From the NCBI GenBank assembly GCA_030610945.1, contig JAUWQV010000001.1, forward strand, positions 124,246 to 188,245: a stretch of 64,000 bases of DNA, written 5' to 3'. The translations under genes and the position numbers were made by a program. This DNA is from Methanocellales archaeon. GTDB lineage: Archaea > Halobacteriota > UBA148 > JAUWXC01. The notes under the pieces are model-generated. The model had not been told where the DNA came from and searched no databases. It saw nothing but the letters and a program-made list of their open reading frames with translations. How positions within the stretch are numbered: position 1 is the first letter of the stretch; each line of letters begins with the position of its first letter. This document shows positions 30,919 to 41,595 of this stretch, one piece after another.

Positions 30919-32814
30919 TTAATGTGGTACCGCTTTGTCTGGTAGCGTAATCCCAATCCTGGCGTCAGAGGCGAACTTTTTGAGGCGTTTGAGTAACCCA
31001 CCTTTTCTCCTGCCCATAAGACTGTGCTCAAGAACGTCATTGATTGACGCTACAGGAATGATTTTAATCGCATCCTTGTACTTGTCCTCGATCAGCACGT
31101 CGTTCTCATTCGCCTTGGGAATTAATACCGTTTTAATGCCAGATTTGGCGGCTGCCTCAATTTTATATGTCACACCTCCAACTGGCAATACCTCGCCCCT
31201 AACAGACAAAGAGCCTGTCATCGCAACGCTCTGGTCGATAGGGACACCTTCAAGTGCAGATAGGACGGCTGTAGCGACGGAGATGGATGCACTATCACCT
31301 TCCACGCCTTCATAGGTTCCAATGAACTGGATGTGAATGTCCTTGTTCGAGATATCATGGCCGGTGAACTTCTTAAAGAACGCCGAGACGTTTTGCACCG
31401 ACTCCCTGGCTATATCCTGGAGCTGCCCGGTGGCGATGACTTTTCCCTCTTCCTTTGACTGGGCAGGCGTCACCTCAGCGACGATGGGGAGAACTACCCC
31501 TGAGTCACCGCCAACAATAGCAAGTCCATTCACCCTGCCAATCTCTGCACCCGTGCTTCTGAACATTTTGTAATCCGTTCTTTGCTCGAGATATCTATCT
31601 GCTGCCTGCTGCTCTATGGAGCGGGACATCTTCTTGGCATTCCTGACGTGCTCGGCTGTTGTGAGTTCGGCGCCTTCGGCGCTGGCAATATCGCCGGCAA
31701 CCCTGACCAACCCACCGAGGTCTCTCAGCTTTAGGGTTAACCGACCTTTTCGACCGGAGCGCCGTCGCGCCTCTAGGATGATTTCCTTAACTGCATCTAC
31801 AGTAAAGTGAGGAATTTTTTTGTCTTTCTTCACTTCCTGCGCGACAAATCTGACCAATTTGCGCCGATTCTCTGGCGTGTCATCCATGGTATCCCGCACG
31901 TAGACTTCATAGCCATATCCCTTTATTCTTGAGCGCAACGCGGGATGCATCTCTTTTATTGATTCAAGATTGCCGGCAGCCACCATGATAAAGTCACACG
32001 GCACCGGCTCTGTTTTAACCATCGCTCCTGAGCTGCGCTCAGACTGTCCGGTAATCGAATATTCGCCTTCCTGCAAAGCGGTAAGCAGGCTATACTGTGA
32101 CTCGGGTCGCAGGAGGTTGATTTCATCGATGAAGAGAACACCTTTATGCGCCTTATGAATGGCTCCTGCCTCTACCCTATCGTGAGCGGGTGTCTCGAGC
32201 CCTCCTGACTGGAAGGGGTCGTGCCTTACATCCCCTAACAGGGCACCTGAATGCGAGCCGGTAGCATCGATGTACGGAGCAGTATCCTTGCCTTCGCCTG
32301 ATACTAACAACTTAGGAACAAGCGCTTCTTCTCTTGGCGTAACATACCTGAGCGCAACAAAGATGAGGACTGCGGCAATGATTCCAAAAAGCAGTTGATG
32401 TGTAATAATGGAGTATATGATGATTGCCATGACGAATAGCATGTACATCAGACTGCGCATCTGGGTTTTTTTCTGTGCCTCTGCCCTGTGAGATTCGACG
32501 ATTTGTTTTCCTTTCCCAGCAGGAACGACCCTAACCCTTGGATTGTTGTTATCATCGGGATTATAATAGACCAAAACATCCTGCATCTCTTCTTTTGGGA
32601 GAAGTTTAGCCATAGCCTTAGCTAACATCGATTTGCCGGTTCCCGGCGTACCGATTAGCATCACATGGCGGCGCTGCTTGGCCGCCTTTTTTACCACTTC
32701 GACCGCGTGCTCCTGACCTATGACCTGGTCGACCAAAATCTCGGGCACCTTGATGTCGCTGGTCGCAGTTATTTCCAATCCGCCCAAAACATCATCCATC
32801 GTTGTCCTCAACAT
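30919..32814 (-). CDS. lonB: ATP-dependent protease LonB
   Basis: GTPGTGKS, TM insert, FIDE, EGDSAS, GGVTYK. Confidence 0.97.
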   Translation of the reverse strand: MLRTTMDDVLGGLEITATSDIKVPEILVDQVIGQEHAVEVVKKAAKQRRHVMLIGTPGTGKSMLAKAMAKLLPKEEMQDVLVYYNPDDNNNPRVRVVPAGKGKQIVESHRAEAQKKTQMRSLMYMLFVMAIIIYSIITHQLLFGIIAAVLIFVALRYVTPREEALVPKLLVSGEGKDTAPYIDATGSHSGALLGDVRHDPFQSGGLETPAHDRVEAGAIHKAHKGVLFIDEINLLRPESQYSLLTALQEGEYSITGQSERSSGAMVKTEPVPCDFIMVAAGNLESIKEMHPALRSRIKGYGYEVYVRDTMDDTPENRRKLVRFVAQEVKKDKKIPHFTVDAVKEIILEARRRSGRKGRLTLKLRDLGGLVRVAGDIASAEGAELTTAEHVRNAKKMSRSIEQQAADRYLEQRTDYKMFRSTGAEIGRVNGLAIVGGDSGVVLPIVAEVTPAQSKEEGKVIATGQLQDIARESVQNVSAFFKKFTGHDISNKDIHIQFIGTYEGVEGDSASISVATAVLSALEGVPIDQSVAMTGSLSVRGEVLPVGGVTYKIEAAAKSGIKTVLIPKANENDVLIEDKYKDAIKIIPVASINDVLEHSLMGRRKGGLLKRLKKFASDARIGITLPDKAVPH

Positions 32815-32854
32815 AATTGGAATCTACAATATAATATCTTTCTGGCTGATGTGC

Positions 32855-34168
32855 TTACCTCTCAAGGGCGTCAAGGGCAAGCGTTAGTATATCAACCACC
32901 GATGACACAGGGGGCGCATAACAGGTCTCGATGTGTCGCAGTTGCCCACATGTCGCTCCGCTTTTAATCATAAATGATAGCGCATCAATCCTCTCTTTCA
33001 CGCCCTCCTCAGAGATGAGCTGTGCACCAATTAATCGTTCCTCTGCGAATAGCAGCTTGGCACAAATCTTTTTCCCACCAGGATAACAATGCGCTCTGGT
33101 CAATCCATGCGCCTTTCCTTCAGTTGGCACCAATCCCGCCTGCTTGGCAGCATACGAGGTTAATCCAACAGATCCAACCTGAAGACCTGCAATAACTGAT
33201 ACGACCGGGTTTACGGCAGGAGCAAATATTGCATCCCCTCCACAGACATTCTCTGCCACAACCCTGGCCTGCTGGACAGCTGTTCCCCCCAGCATACTGA
33301 GTGTGGGGCGAGCGGTTATATGATGGGCAACTTCTACACAGCCCCCTGCGGCATAGACGCTTGCGCTCTTGGCCATGCGCATGGAAGGGGCAACTTGTAT
33401 GCCTCCTGTCTCGCCAATTTTAATGCCCGCCTGTTTAGCAAGGCCGACGTTTGGCTTTGTGCCATGGGATATGATTACCAAATCTGCCGGGATTATCTCT
33501 TTGCCAACGGTAACAAATTCCACATGTTCGGGGCCGTTAATCGAGCCAAGTGGAGAGCCTGTGATGACCTTCGCACCCAAACTTTCCAACTTATTTTGAA
33601 CGATGGTCGTCATATCCGGGTCGAGATACCCAGGGAGTAGATACGGTGACGGTGCCACCATCGTGGTGTTGATTCCAGAGGTGATTAACGCCGATGTTAT
33701 TTCAAGGGTTGTAGGGTCCGCACCTGCCACTACAGCATTTGTCGCATTTTTCATGGCTTCCTTGATTTTTTTACCATCCTCAATGCTTTTAATGAAAAAA
33801 ACGCCGTTTTTGTCGATGCCGGGTATCTGCGGAATGTCGTGGGCAACACCGGTCGCTATCACGAGGTGACCATAAGCACGTTTCTCGCCTTCAACGATGA
33901 TGGAGTTATTCTCAATGTCGATGGCAGTGACCTCTGTGTTGGTGCGCAGATCAATGCTCTTGTCCTTGTAATAGGCGAAATCATGCATCATAAGGTCTTC
34001 AAAAGAGGTTATGTCGCCAGACAAAACAAAGGAGATGTCACGCGGGGAATATGCCACGTATTGATCCTTGGTAAAAAGGGTGATTCCTATATTAGGGTCT
34101 TTTTCGCGAACGTACGAAGCAACTGACGCCCCGGCGAGCCCGCTGCCAATAATCACAAGTTCTGGCAT
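32855..34168 (-). CDS. NADH oxidase/CoA-disulfide reductase family flavoprotein with degenerate active site
   Basis: GSGLAG, IATG, ETCYAPP; YSPR replaces YSPC. Confidence 0.8.
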   Translation of the reverse strand: MPELVIIGSGLAGASVASYVREKDPNIGITLFTKDQYVAYSPRDISFVLSGDITSFEDLMMHDFAYYKDKSIDLRTNTEVTAIDIENNSIIVEGEKRAYGHLVIATGVAHDIPQIPGIDKNGVFFIKSIEDGKKIKEAMKNATNAVVAGADPTTLEITSALITSGINTTMVAPSPYLLPGYLDPDMTTIVQNKLESLGAKVITGSPLGSINGPEHVEFVTVGKEIIPADLVIISHGTKPNVGLAKQAGIKIGETGGIQVAPSMRMAKSASVYAAGGCVEVAHHITARPTLSMLGGTAVQQARVVAENVCGGDAIFAPAVNPVVSVIAGLQVGSVGLTSYAAKQAGLVPTEGKAHGLTRAHCYPGGKKICAKLLFAEERLIGAQLISEEGVKERIDALSFMIKSGATCGQLRHIETCYAPPVSSVVDILTLALDALER

Positions 34169-34261
34169 GACATCAACTTATTAAACACCTTGTTTATAAT
34201 ATTGTTGCATTAAAAAGCCTAAAGTTTATAATAATAAAGACGATTATGCGTAGGGGTTAAT

Positions 34262-35101
34262 GTGAAAATCATTGGAGGGTCAGCATCGCAGTTGCTCGCA
34301 AGCAGGGTTGCGTCCAGATTGGGCTGCGAACTTATTAGGGTTGAGTACAAACGGTTCCCTGATGGCGAATCGTACGTGCGCGTGCAGGACGACATCGATG
34401 AGGTTTTAATAATCCAGAGTACAGTCGTAGATAGTGATTGGATTTGCCTGCTGCAGTTGATCGATGCATGCGAGGGTGCGAAGCATATCAGAGTGGTGAT
34501 ACCGTATGTTGGATACGCACGCCAAGACAGCCAGTCGCACCCGGGGGAGGCAATAAGTGCAAGGGCTTTGGCAAAAACCGTTCACGCAGATGAAATTTTC
34601 ACGATAAACATCCACAATCCGTCCATCCTGAAGTATTTTAGCGGAAAGGCACGCGACTTGGATGCGGCGCCCTCCATCGGGAGATATGTCAGTTCCCTTA
34701 AACTTAACAAGCCCATCATAATCGCGCCTGATAATGGAGCAAGGGCACTGGCTGAATCCGCTGCCTCAAACCTCGGCATCGATTTTGATGTTTTGGAAAA
34801 GAAGCGGCTGAGTGGCGATGAAGTAGAGATAAGGGCAAAGCACCTTGACGTTACGGACAGGGATGTCGTCATAATAGATGACATAATCTCAACCGGCGGA
34901 ACGATGGCAGAGACGATTGAATTGCTCAGAAGGCAAAAGCCGAACGACATCTATACAGCCTGCGTACACCCAGTACTCGTGAGGGATGCGGTTAGCAGAC
35001 TATTTCAGGCAGGTGCAAAGGATATCATCGCAACAGACACTATTGAAAAGGGCGTAAGCGTTGTCAGCGTTGCGCCGATAATTGCCGAAGCGCTGAAGTG
35101 A
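34262..35101 (+). CDS. prs: Ribose-phosphate pyrophosphokinase
   Basis: FPDGE, GYARQD, APD.GA, IDDIISTGGT. Confidence 0.96.
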   Translation: MKIIGGSASQLLASRVASRLGCELIRVEYKRFPDGESYVRVQDDIDEVLIIQSTVVDSDWICLLQLIDACEGAKHIRVVIPYVGYARQDSQSHPGEAISARALAKTVHADEIFTINIHNPSILKYFSGKARDLDAAPSIGRYVSSLKLNKPIIIAPDNGARALAESAASNLGIDFDVLEKKRLSGDEVEIRAKHLDVTDRDVVIIDDIISTGGTMAETIELLRRQKPNDIYTACVHPVLVRDAVSRLFQAGAKDIIATDTIEKGVSVVSVAPIIAEALK

Positions 35102-35107
35102 TGCGCT

Positions 35108-36121
35108 ATGGGGCGAGGCACAATGCTGGAGATAGATGGCTCGCATGGAGAGGGTGGGGGGCAGATTCTCAGAACCGCAGTTGCGCTCGCTACCTTGACC
35201 GGGAAAAGTGTCAAAATTAAAAACATAAGAGCAAGTAGATCAAAACCTGGACTTGCTCCACAGCACCTGGAAGCGGTGCGCTGTATGTCATCGCTGACGG
35301 ATGCAGAAGTTAGTGGATTGGCGCTGAGGTCGACGGAAATCACATTTGCCCCCAGGGGAATTAAGGGAGGCGAACATGAGATTGACATAGGCACGGCAGG
35401 CAGCATCCCCCTTCTTTTGGAGTGCATCATGCCTGCAGCCACACGTGCGGAGGATGTTCTTTCCTTGAACATAAGAGGGGGAACAGATGTCAGATGGGCG
35501 CCGTCAATCGACTATGTAAGGTATGTTTTCCTGCCAGCAATAGCCAAGATGGGTTACAACGCTGAGATCGAGGTTGTCCGGAGGGGTTATTACCCGCGCG
35601 GCGGGGGTCTTGTCAGAGCAGTCATCCATCCTTCGGGGCTGAAGGGTGTTGAGTTTACACCTCCGGAAGAAATTACGATAAAGGGCATTTCCCATAGCTC
35701 GCGTCTGCCAGAACATGTTGCGCTCAGGCAGGCAGCGTCTGCAAAACAGATTTTAAGCGATGCGGGATACGATGCCTCCATATCCATCGAGACCAATAAC
35801 TATGAATCCACCGGCAGCGGCATCACGCTCTGGTGCGATAACATCGGTGGATGTGCGATAGGCGAAAGGGGCAAGCCTGCCGAGGAGGTTGGCAGAGAGG
35901 CAGCAGAATTCCTCTTGGGAGAACTAAACTCAGGTGCAAGCGTTGATGTACATCTCGCGGACCAACTCATACCCTACATGGCACTCGCCAAAGGCGAATC
36001 TGGCATTACGGCAAGAGAGTTTACAGTGCACACGAAAACGAATATCTGGGTGGTGGAGCAGTTTTTAGACGTAGAGTTTGACGCGCACGAAAATGAACTT
36101 GTCAAGATCGCTAAGAGATGA
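35108..36121 (+). CDS. rtcA: RNA 3'-terminal phosphate cyclase
   Basis: GEGGGQILR, RGYYPRGGG, DVHLADQL. Confidence 0.96.
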   Translation: MGRGTMLEIDGSHGEGGGQILRTAVALATLTGKSVKIKNIRASRSKPGLAPQHLEAVRCMSSLTDAEVSGLALRSTEITFAPRGIKGGEHEIDIGTAGSIPLLLECIMPAATRAEDVLSLNIRGGTDVRWAPSIDYVRYVFLPAIAKMGYNAEIEVVRRGYYPRGGGLVRAVIHPSGLKGVEFTPPEEITIKGISHSSRLPEHVALRQAASAKQILSDAGYDASISIETNNYESTGSGITLWCDNIGGCAIGERGKPAEEVGREAAEFLLGELNSGASVDVHLADQLIPYMALAKGESGITAREFTVHTKTNIWVVEQFLDVEFDAHENELVKIAKR

Positions 36122-36740
36122 TTTCTAAGAATGTGGGTGGAATGATCTCTGAGAGGCAGATTTGCTCGCTGACGTTCATTATCTTGATTCCACTTTCCTG
36201 CGCCTGCCTGGCATTTATGATTATCACAATGGGCTGATCGGTCCTATATTTTGCAACCCTGATCGCTTCGTCAAAACTAGTGCTTAGATGGAGATACCTC
36301 TGATTGACTGTCTTCAGCCCAACCTCAAGTATTCTATCCGCCTCCTCCTCTGTTGTGCCGTAGTACAGCTCTGGCCGCTCATTAAGGGGGAAATCCAGAT
36401 CGACGTCAACTGAGTGCGCGTACCTTGCCCTGATCTTGTCCTCTTTTATTTCATACCTCCCCTTTACGTCGGATTCGATCAACGCGAAAAGATGTTCCCT
36501 GTAAAACCACCTGTACCTATCTTCCAGTGCGGTAATTAAAGACTCCATATCCACCCATCCTCGTTTGTCCATCTCAAGACGCAACTTTTCCGGGAAATGC
36601 CGCAGCGCACCTGACACCATCTTTCCGAGCTGTATCGTCCTTCCCCCATCCAGGATGGGTCGTCCGGCCTGATCGCATTGACATTTCTCGCCCCTGAAAT
36701 ATCCATGAGTGGGGCACATCCTTATTTGATCTGTTTCCAT
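36111..36740 (-). CDS. kptA: RNA 2'-phosphotransferase (Tpt1/KptA)
   Basis: LRH, RYE, IRARYAHS, YYGT, HLS. Confidence 0.92.
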   Translation of the reverse strand: METDQIRMCPTHGYFRGEKCQCDQAGRPILDGGRTIQLGKMVSGALRHFPEKLRLEMDKRGWVDMESLITALEDRYRWFYREHLFALIESDVKGRYEIKEDKIRARYAHSVDVDLDFPLNERPELYYGTTEEEADRILEVGLKTVNQRYLHLSTSFDEAIRVAKYRTDQPIVIIINARQAQESGIKIMNVSEQICLSEIIPPTFLEIIS

Positions 36741-36787
36741 TTTTAGTCCCCCTAAAGATGTGAAGTAGAAATATTACGTTTTGCCAT

Positions 36788-37966
36788 CTATGTTAAGGTT
36801 CTGGTGATATCTTTGATTACGTCCACCAATGCGTCCACTTCTTCCTGAGTATTGTATAGCGCAAAAGATGCGCGGACAGAGCCGGGAATGCCTAAAAACT
36901 GGTGGGCTGGCATGGCACAGTGATGGCCGCTCCTCGCGCAAATTCCGTGCTCATCGAGCACCATCGACACGTCATGAGAATCCATCGATGCGACGTTGAA
37001 TGAGACCACTCCCGCTCGTTTTAATGGGCCGTATACCTCGACATTCGGCAGTTCTGCTAAACGGGATGCTGCATCCCGCGCCAGCGATGTCACATGATGC
37101 TCTATGTCGGTTACGCCAACGTTTTCCACATACTCTACGGCGGCGCCCAGCCCAATCACGCCAGGTATGTTAGGAGTGCCGGGTTCGAAGCATGCTGGGG
37201 ACTCATCCAGTTCAAAGGAGTTCCTGGTGACTGATTTGGTGCCTCCTCCCCCTGAATACACGGGCTCGAGTTGGTCTGGATGCTTAACATACAACACGCC
37301 AGTGCCAGGAGGGCCCAACAATCCTTTGTGACCTGGAAATGCCAGAAAGTCGCAATCCAGTTTTTCAACGTCCACGGGCATGTGCCCCAAGGATTGCGCT
37401 CCATCTACCAGGAGTGCTGCACCGTTCTCATGTGCGAGTTTTGCAATTTCTTGGATGTTCAAAATCGAGCCGAATACATTTGAGATGTGCGTAATTGCGA
37501 TTAATTTCGTGCGCTCTGTCATTGCATCTTCGATTGACCCCGGGCTTAAAATGCCCTGCCGGTCAGACTCAATGACACTTACTTCAACGCCTTTTGGGCG
37601 GAGCCTGAGCCATGGAAGTAGATTGGAGTGATGCTCGAGAATGCTCGTGATGATGTGGTCGCCTTTTGACCATTTCATCCCCAGGGCGACCATGTTGATG
37701 GCTTCAGTTGTATTTTTGGTAAAAATCGTCTGGCATTCCTTTGCGCCTATGAATTTCGCAACTTTCCTTCGCGCCCCATCATATCGCTCGGTCGTCGTCC
37801 TCGCGAGTTTGTATGCTCCGCGCCCATAATTGGAAGCGTATTCGAAGAAATACTCGTTCATCGCCTCTACGACTGGCCTTGGTGTCTGTGATGTGGCGGC
37901 ACTGTCGAGATATATCACGCGGTCAAGAACCGGGAAATCCTTCCTGAGTTGCACGACGTCATACAT
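36788..37966 (-). CDS. Cysteine desulfurase (SufS-like)
   Basis: YLDSAATS, EHHSN, GHK, RSGHHCA. Confidence 0.92.
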   Translation of the reverse strand: MYDVVQLRKDFPVLDRVIYLDSAATSQTPRPVVEAMNEYFFEYASNYGRGAYKLARTTTERYDGARRKVAKFIGAKECQTIFTKNTTEAINMVALGMKWSKGDHIITSILEHHSNLLPWLRLRPKGVEVSVIESDRQGILSPGSIEDAMTERTKLIAITHISNVFGSILNIQEIAKLAHENGAALLVDGAQSLGHMPVDVEKLDCDFLAFPGHKGLLGPPGTGVLYVKHPDQLEPVYSGGGGTKSVTRNSFELDESPACFEPGTPNIPGVIGLGAAVEYVENVGVTDIEHHVTSLARDAASRLAELPNVEVYGPLKRAGVVSFNVASMDSHDVSMVLDEHGICARSGHHCAMPAHQFLGIPGSVRASFALYNTQEEVDALVDVIKDITRTLT

Positions 37967-38014
37967 GAGACGTAAGAATATATCTTGAGATTAGAAATAT
38001 GTTGCGAGTTGTCT

Positions 38015-38782
38015 TCATACTCGTAATTTGTGTGAGATTCGTTCAAAGCCAATTTCTCTGAACTTTTTTAGAATTCCATCTGCATTTGTTATGATGACCT
38101 GCATATCGTCCTTAGACAACTCCATGCATGCCGAGTTGCTGTTATGCCTGACTCTGATGTCGGTGAGCCCCTTGCTTCGCAGGAACTCTTCTGCATCTCT
38201 TATCTGGCGCAGTTTCTCCTTCGTGATTCTCTGCCCGCAGGGTATGCGCGTGGCCAGGCAGGATTCGGATGGCTTGTCCGCATTGGGCAGATTCAGGCGA
38301 GCTGCCATCTCCTTAGCCTCGGATTTTGTAACGCCAAAATCGAGCAGGGGTGTGAAAACGCTAAATTCTTTCAGCGCTCTGTAGCCAGGCCGGTTTTCAT
38401 CAAGGTCGGATGCGTTGGTCCCATCCACGATTGTACTCGCGCCTGCAATCTTCCTCAACTCTGACAGCATGCGCTTCTTGCAGTGATAGCACCTATCGGG
38501 AGGGTTTTGCACGAATTTTGGGTGAGCGAGCATATCCAACTTCATAATCTTATGTGGCATTCCAATCTTAGTGGCGACCCGCTTCGCGCCTTCCAGCTCC
38601 CCTGGAGACAATAATCCCAAGTCTATCGTGATGGCTGACACTCTTTCAGCCAGGGCATCATACGCCAGGGAGGCCACGACAGAACTGTCAACTCCTCCTG
38701 AAAATGCAACTAAAACGTCGCGCTTCTGTGCCAGCGCTGCCCTGATTTTATCCATTTTTTCCGCTATATTATCGGCTTTCAT
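38015..38782 (-). CDS. larE: LarE-family ATP-dependent sulfur transferase
   Basis: SGGVDS, RCYHCK, DGTN..D..RPG, CLATRIP. Confidence 0.88.
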   Translation of the reverse strand: MKADNIAEKMDKIRAALAQKRDVLVAFSGGVDSSVVASLAYDALAERVSAITIDLGLLSPGELEGAKRVATKIGMPHKIMKLDMLAHPKFVQNPPDRCYHCKKRMLSELRKIAGASTIVDGTNASDLDENRPGYRALKEFSVFTPLLDFGVTKSEAKEMAARLNLPNADKPSESCLATRIPCGQRITKEKLRQIRDAEEFLRSKGLTDIRVRHNSNSACMELSKDDMQVIITNADGILKKFREIGFERISHKLRV

Positions 38783-38825
38783 ATCGGCAAAATTATCTAT
38801 AAGGGTTCAGGTATTAATTACTTGC

Positions 38826-40163
38826 ATGAGCTGGAGACCGACTTTTGGGACAAATGGCATTCGGGGCATTGTAAATGAAGAGTTGACGCCTGAGATTGCG
38901 CTGAGACTGTGCCTGAGTCTGGGAACGCTGTGCAGCGGAGATATTGCGATAGGGAGAGATACGCGAGTCTCAGGGGAGATGATTAAGAGCGCTGCAATGT
39001 CTGGCTTACTGGCGACGGGAAACAAGGTCATCAACCTTGGCATTGCACCCAGTCCTGCGATTCAGTATTATGGAAAGCATAACGCGGATGCTGGCGTCAT
39101 CGTAACGGCGTCGCACAATCCCAAGGAATACAATGGCCTGAAGTTTATAGACGGGGCGGGCATGGAGTTCAGCAGGGAGCATGAGAAAGAGGTTGAAAAG
39201 GCCTATAATAAAGGCGAATTCAAGATGGTTAAGTGGAGCGAAACTGGGGAGTTAACCACAGCCAATGCAATTCCGGATTACAAAGAGGGTATCAAGAAAC
39301 TGGTCGATGTTGAAAATATCAAGGGCAGAAAGTTCAAGGTTGTAGTGGACCCGGGGAATAGCGCAGCATGTGGAGTGGCATCTTCTATTTTGCGCGAACT
39401 TGGATGTGAGGTAATTGAGATAAACGCAGAGCCAGATGGAACGTTTCCAGGAAGGTCTCCTGAGCCGACCGCTGATGTACTGGGAGATTTAATGGCGATG
39501 GTTAAAAAGAGCGGGGCAGACTTCGGCGTTGCCTATGATGGCGATGCCGACAGGGCAGTCTTTGTAGATGAACGTGGTGAATTCGTCAGCGAGGACGTGT
39601 TGCTTGCGATATTTGCGAAGAGCGCGCTGGAAAGGAAAAAGGGAGTTGTCGTAACGCCCGTGAGCTCGTCGTCATGCGTTGCTGAGGTTGTTGAACATTG
39701 TGGCGGGGAGATCGTTTGGACACCTGTGGGGAGCATATACGTCGCGAGAAAGATGATTGAGACGAGGGCGGTTTTCGGCGGCGAGGGGAACGGTGGCCTG
39801 ATTTTCCCGGAACACCAGTATTGTAGGGATGGCGTCGCAGCAACAGCAAAAATGCTTGAAATGCTATGCACTGGAAAAACTCTGTCACAGCTTGCTGACG
39901 AGATTCCCAGATACTATCACATAAAGGAGAAATTGAAGGTTAAGAACAAAAACGAGGTGATGGAGAAGGTCAAGGATACCGCCAGGGGCAAGGTGGACAC
40001 GACCGATGGCGTAAAGATTTGGCATGATGATGGCTGGGTGCTGGTTCGCGCCTCGGGAACTGAGCCCATCATCAGGATATTCGCGGAGTCGAAATCACAG
40101 AAGATGGCGAAGGAGTTGCTGCAGGAAGGGATTGAACTTGTCAAACGGGCTGAGCATACATGA
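38826..40163 (+). CDS. glmM: Phosphoglucosamine/phosphomannomutase
   Basis: FGTNGIRG, TASHNP, DGDADR, GEGNG, RASGTEP; ATG at 38826. Confidence 0.9.
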   Translation: MSWRPTFGTNGIRGIVNEELTPEIALRLCLSLGTLCSGDIAIGRDTRVSGEMIKSAAMSGLLATGNKVINLGIAPSPAIQYYGKHNADAGVIVTASHNPKEYNGLKFIDGAGMEFSREHEKEVEKAYNKGEFKMVKWSETGELTTANAIPDYKEGIKKLVDVENIKGRKFKVVVDPGNSAACGVASSILRELGCEVIEINAEPDGTFPGRSPEPTADVLGDLMAMVKKSGADFGVAYDGDADRAVFVDERGEFVSEDVLLAIFAKSALERKKGVVVTPVSSSSCVAEVVEHCGGEIVWTPVGSIYVARKMIETRAVFGGEGNGGLIFPEHQYCRDGVAATAKMLEMLCTGKTLSQLADEIPRYYHIKEKLKVKNKNEVMEKVKDTARGKVDTTDGVKIWHDDGWVLVRASGTEPIIRIFAESKSQKMAKELLQEGIELVKRAEHT

Positions 40164-41047
40164 AGACGATGGTTACGGGGTGCAACGGGTTTATCGGCAC
40201 CCATCTGGTCAGGCGATTGTTGAATGAAGGCTTTCGGGTGAGAGGATACGACCTAAAGAAATCGTCGATCACTGACCCCAATTTTGAATTTATCCAGGGC
40301 GACATACTTGATATGGAAAAACTACGCGAAAGCATGGATGGGTGCGAAAGCGTGTTTCACCTCGCAGCCCAGACCACCGTCCCAGAATCAACTTCGGACC
40401 CATACCACGACTTCAAGACAAATGCAGAGGGCACCTTCAACGTGCTTCTTGCAGCAAAAGAATTAGGCGCTAAAGTCATCTATACGTCCACCTCCACGGT
40501 GTACGGGCTTGCAGACACGCCAACCAACGAATCGCACCCGCTAAAGCCAATCTCGTTCTATGGCGCATCCAAGGCGGCAGGCGACCTGTACTGCTTTGCA
40601 TTTCACCATACCTTTGAGGCGGATACGGTCATACTCAGATTGTACAATGTATATGGTCCGGGCAACGGCAAGGGCGTGATGTATGACTTGTTCAAGAAGC
40701 TGGAGCGTGATTCCTCGCACTTAGAGGTTATCGGAACCGGACTGCAGAGGAAGGATTACGTCTATATCGATGATGTAATCGATGCATTTCTAATCACCTA
40801 TGAAAAAGGAGCATCTGGCGAGGCGTATAACGTCGGCAGCGGCGTCTCCGTGACCGTAAACGAAATTGTGAAAAATATCCTTGATATTTTGCAATTGAAC
40901 CCAGAGATCACGTATACCGGTCAATCCTGGGAGGGGGATGTCGAGTCTGCCCTGGCTGATATTTCCAGGTTTAAAAGTCTGGGATGGCGCCCAAAGGTCA
41001 GCATAGAGGATGGTATTAGAAGGACGTATGAGTGGCTTAAAGATTAG
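40160..41047 (+). CDS. NDP-sugar epimerase/dehydratase (GalE-like)
   Basis: TGCNGFIG, HLAA, YGASK, NVYGP. Confidence 0.9.
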   Translation: MKTMVTGCNGFIGTHLVRRLLNEGFRVRGYDLKKSSITDPNFEFIQGDILDMEKLRESMDGCESVFHLAAQTTVPESTSDPYHDFKTNAEGTFNVLLAAKELGAKVIYTSTSTVYGLADTPTNESHPLKPISFYGASKAAGDLYCFAFHHTFEADTVILRLYNVYGPGNGKGVMYDLFKKLERDSSHLEVIGTGLQRKDYVYIDDVIDAFLITYEKGASGEAYNVGSGVSVTVNEIVKNILDILQLNPEITYTGQSWEGDVESALADISRFKSLGWRPKVSIEDGIRRTYEWLKD

Positions 41048-41595
41048 CGATCTCTGCTCATTTGCTCTGCTTCCTCTAAAACCCTACCGTAAACCGTTAT
41101 GTCAATTCTAAAGCCAGAGTCAATCAATTTTTTAAGCAAAACTTTAAATTCACTAAGATCGACTATCCCCTTCTTTAAAGCCTCCAAAAGAACTCCTAAC
41201 GTTCCAGTAAAAGTAAGTCCGAGAAATTCAGCGGCAATTCTTGCTCTCTTGTCATCTAGAATAATCAAATCGGCTTTTTTCTCCATGTTGAAACCCTGCA
41301 GGTTACAACTCTCCCAGACATCCGTCTGGGAAATAGCCAAAAGCAGTGCATGTTCTTCCCCTTTATGGATGTTCAAATCGCTTAAATTTTTGTTATGTAT
41401 GTGAACCTCTTCGGTTTTTATAAATCCTCTCTTGAGAAAATCGGTGACCTCTTCAGGAAAATCTGCTTTCTTTGCTACGATCTCTTTAAAAGCTGCCCTT
41501 GGTATGTGAATTTCTCCATAAAGTAATTTAAGCAGGTCAAGCCTTTTTATCTTCGAAAGAAAAATTAATGGAGAGGCATTAGATACTACTAGCAC
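41044..41595 (-). CDS. DUF3368 PIN toxin carrying a 16-aa in-frame insertion
   Basis: VSNASPLI, GE..A..LA, LDD..AR, GTLGVL; insertion ISQTDVWESCNLQGFN. Confidence 0.88.
   Translation of the reverse strand: MLVVSNASPLIFLSKIKRLDLLKLLYGEIHIPRAAFKEIVAKKADFPEEVTDFLKRGFIKTEEVHIHNKNLSDLNIHKGEEHALLLAISQTDVWESCNLQGFNMEKKADLIILDDKRARIAAEFLGLTFTGTLGVLLEALKKGIVDLSEFKVLLKKLIDSGFRIDITVYGRVLEEAEQMSRDR
41285..41334. mobile_element. Double-hairpin mini-element, copy 1 (46 bp core flanked by AT)
   Basis: AT-GTTGAAACCCTGCAGGTTACAAC-TC-TCCCAGACATCCGTCTGGGAA-AT; homologous to 43263-43315. Confidence 0.8.

Noticed and set aside
35108..36740. rtcA + kptA as a dedicated RNA-repair response to the toxin island
   Set aside because: Convergent housekeeping genes common in archaea; no rtcB and no evidence of linkage.
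38571..38825. N-terminal extension of the 530-aa phosphomutase ORF
   Set aside because: Overlaps larE antisense; family homology starts at ATG 38826.
41285..41334. In-frame elements as bulge-helix-bulge mRNA introns
   Set aside because: I could not form a 3-4-3 BHB across the boundaries of either copy.
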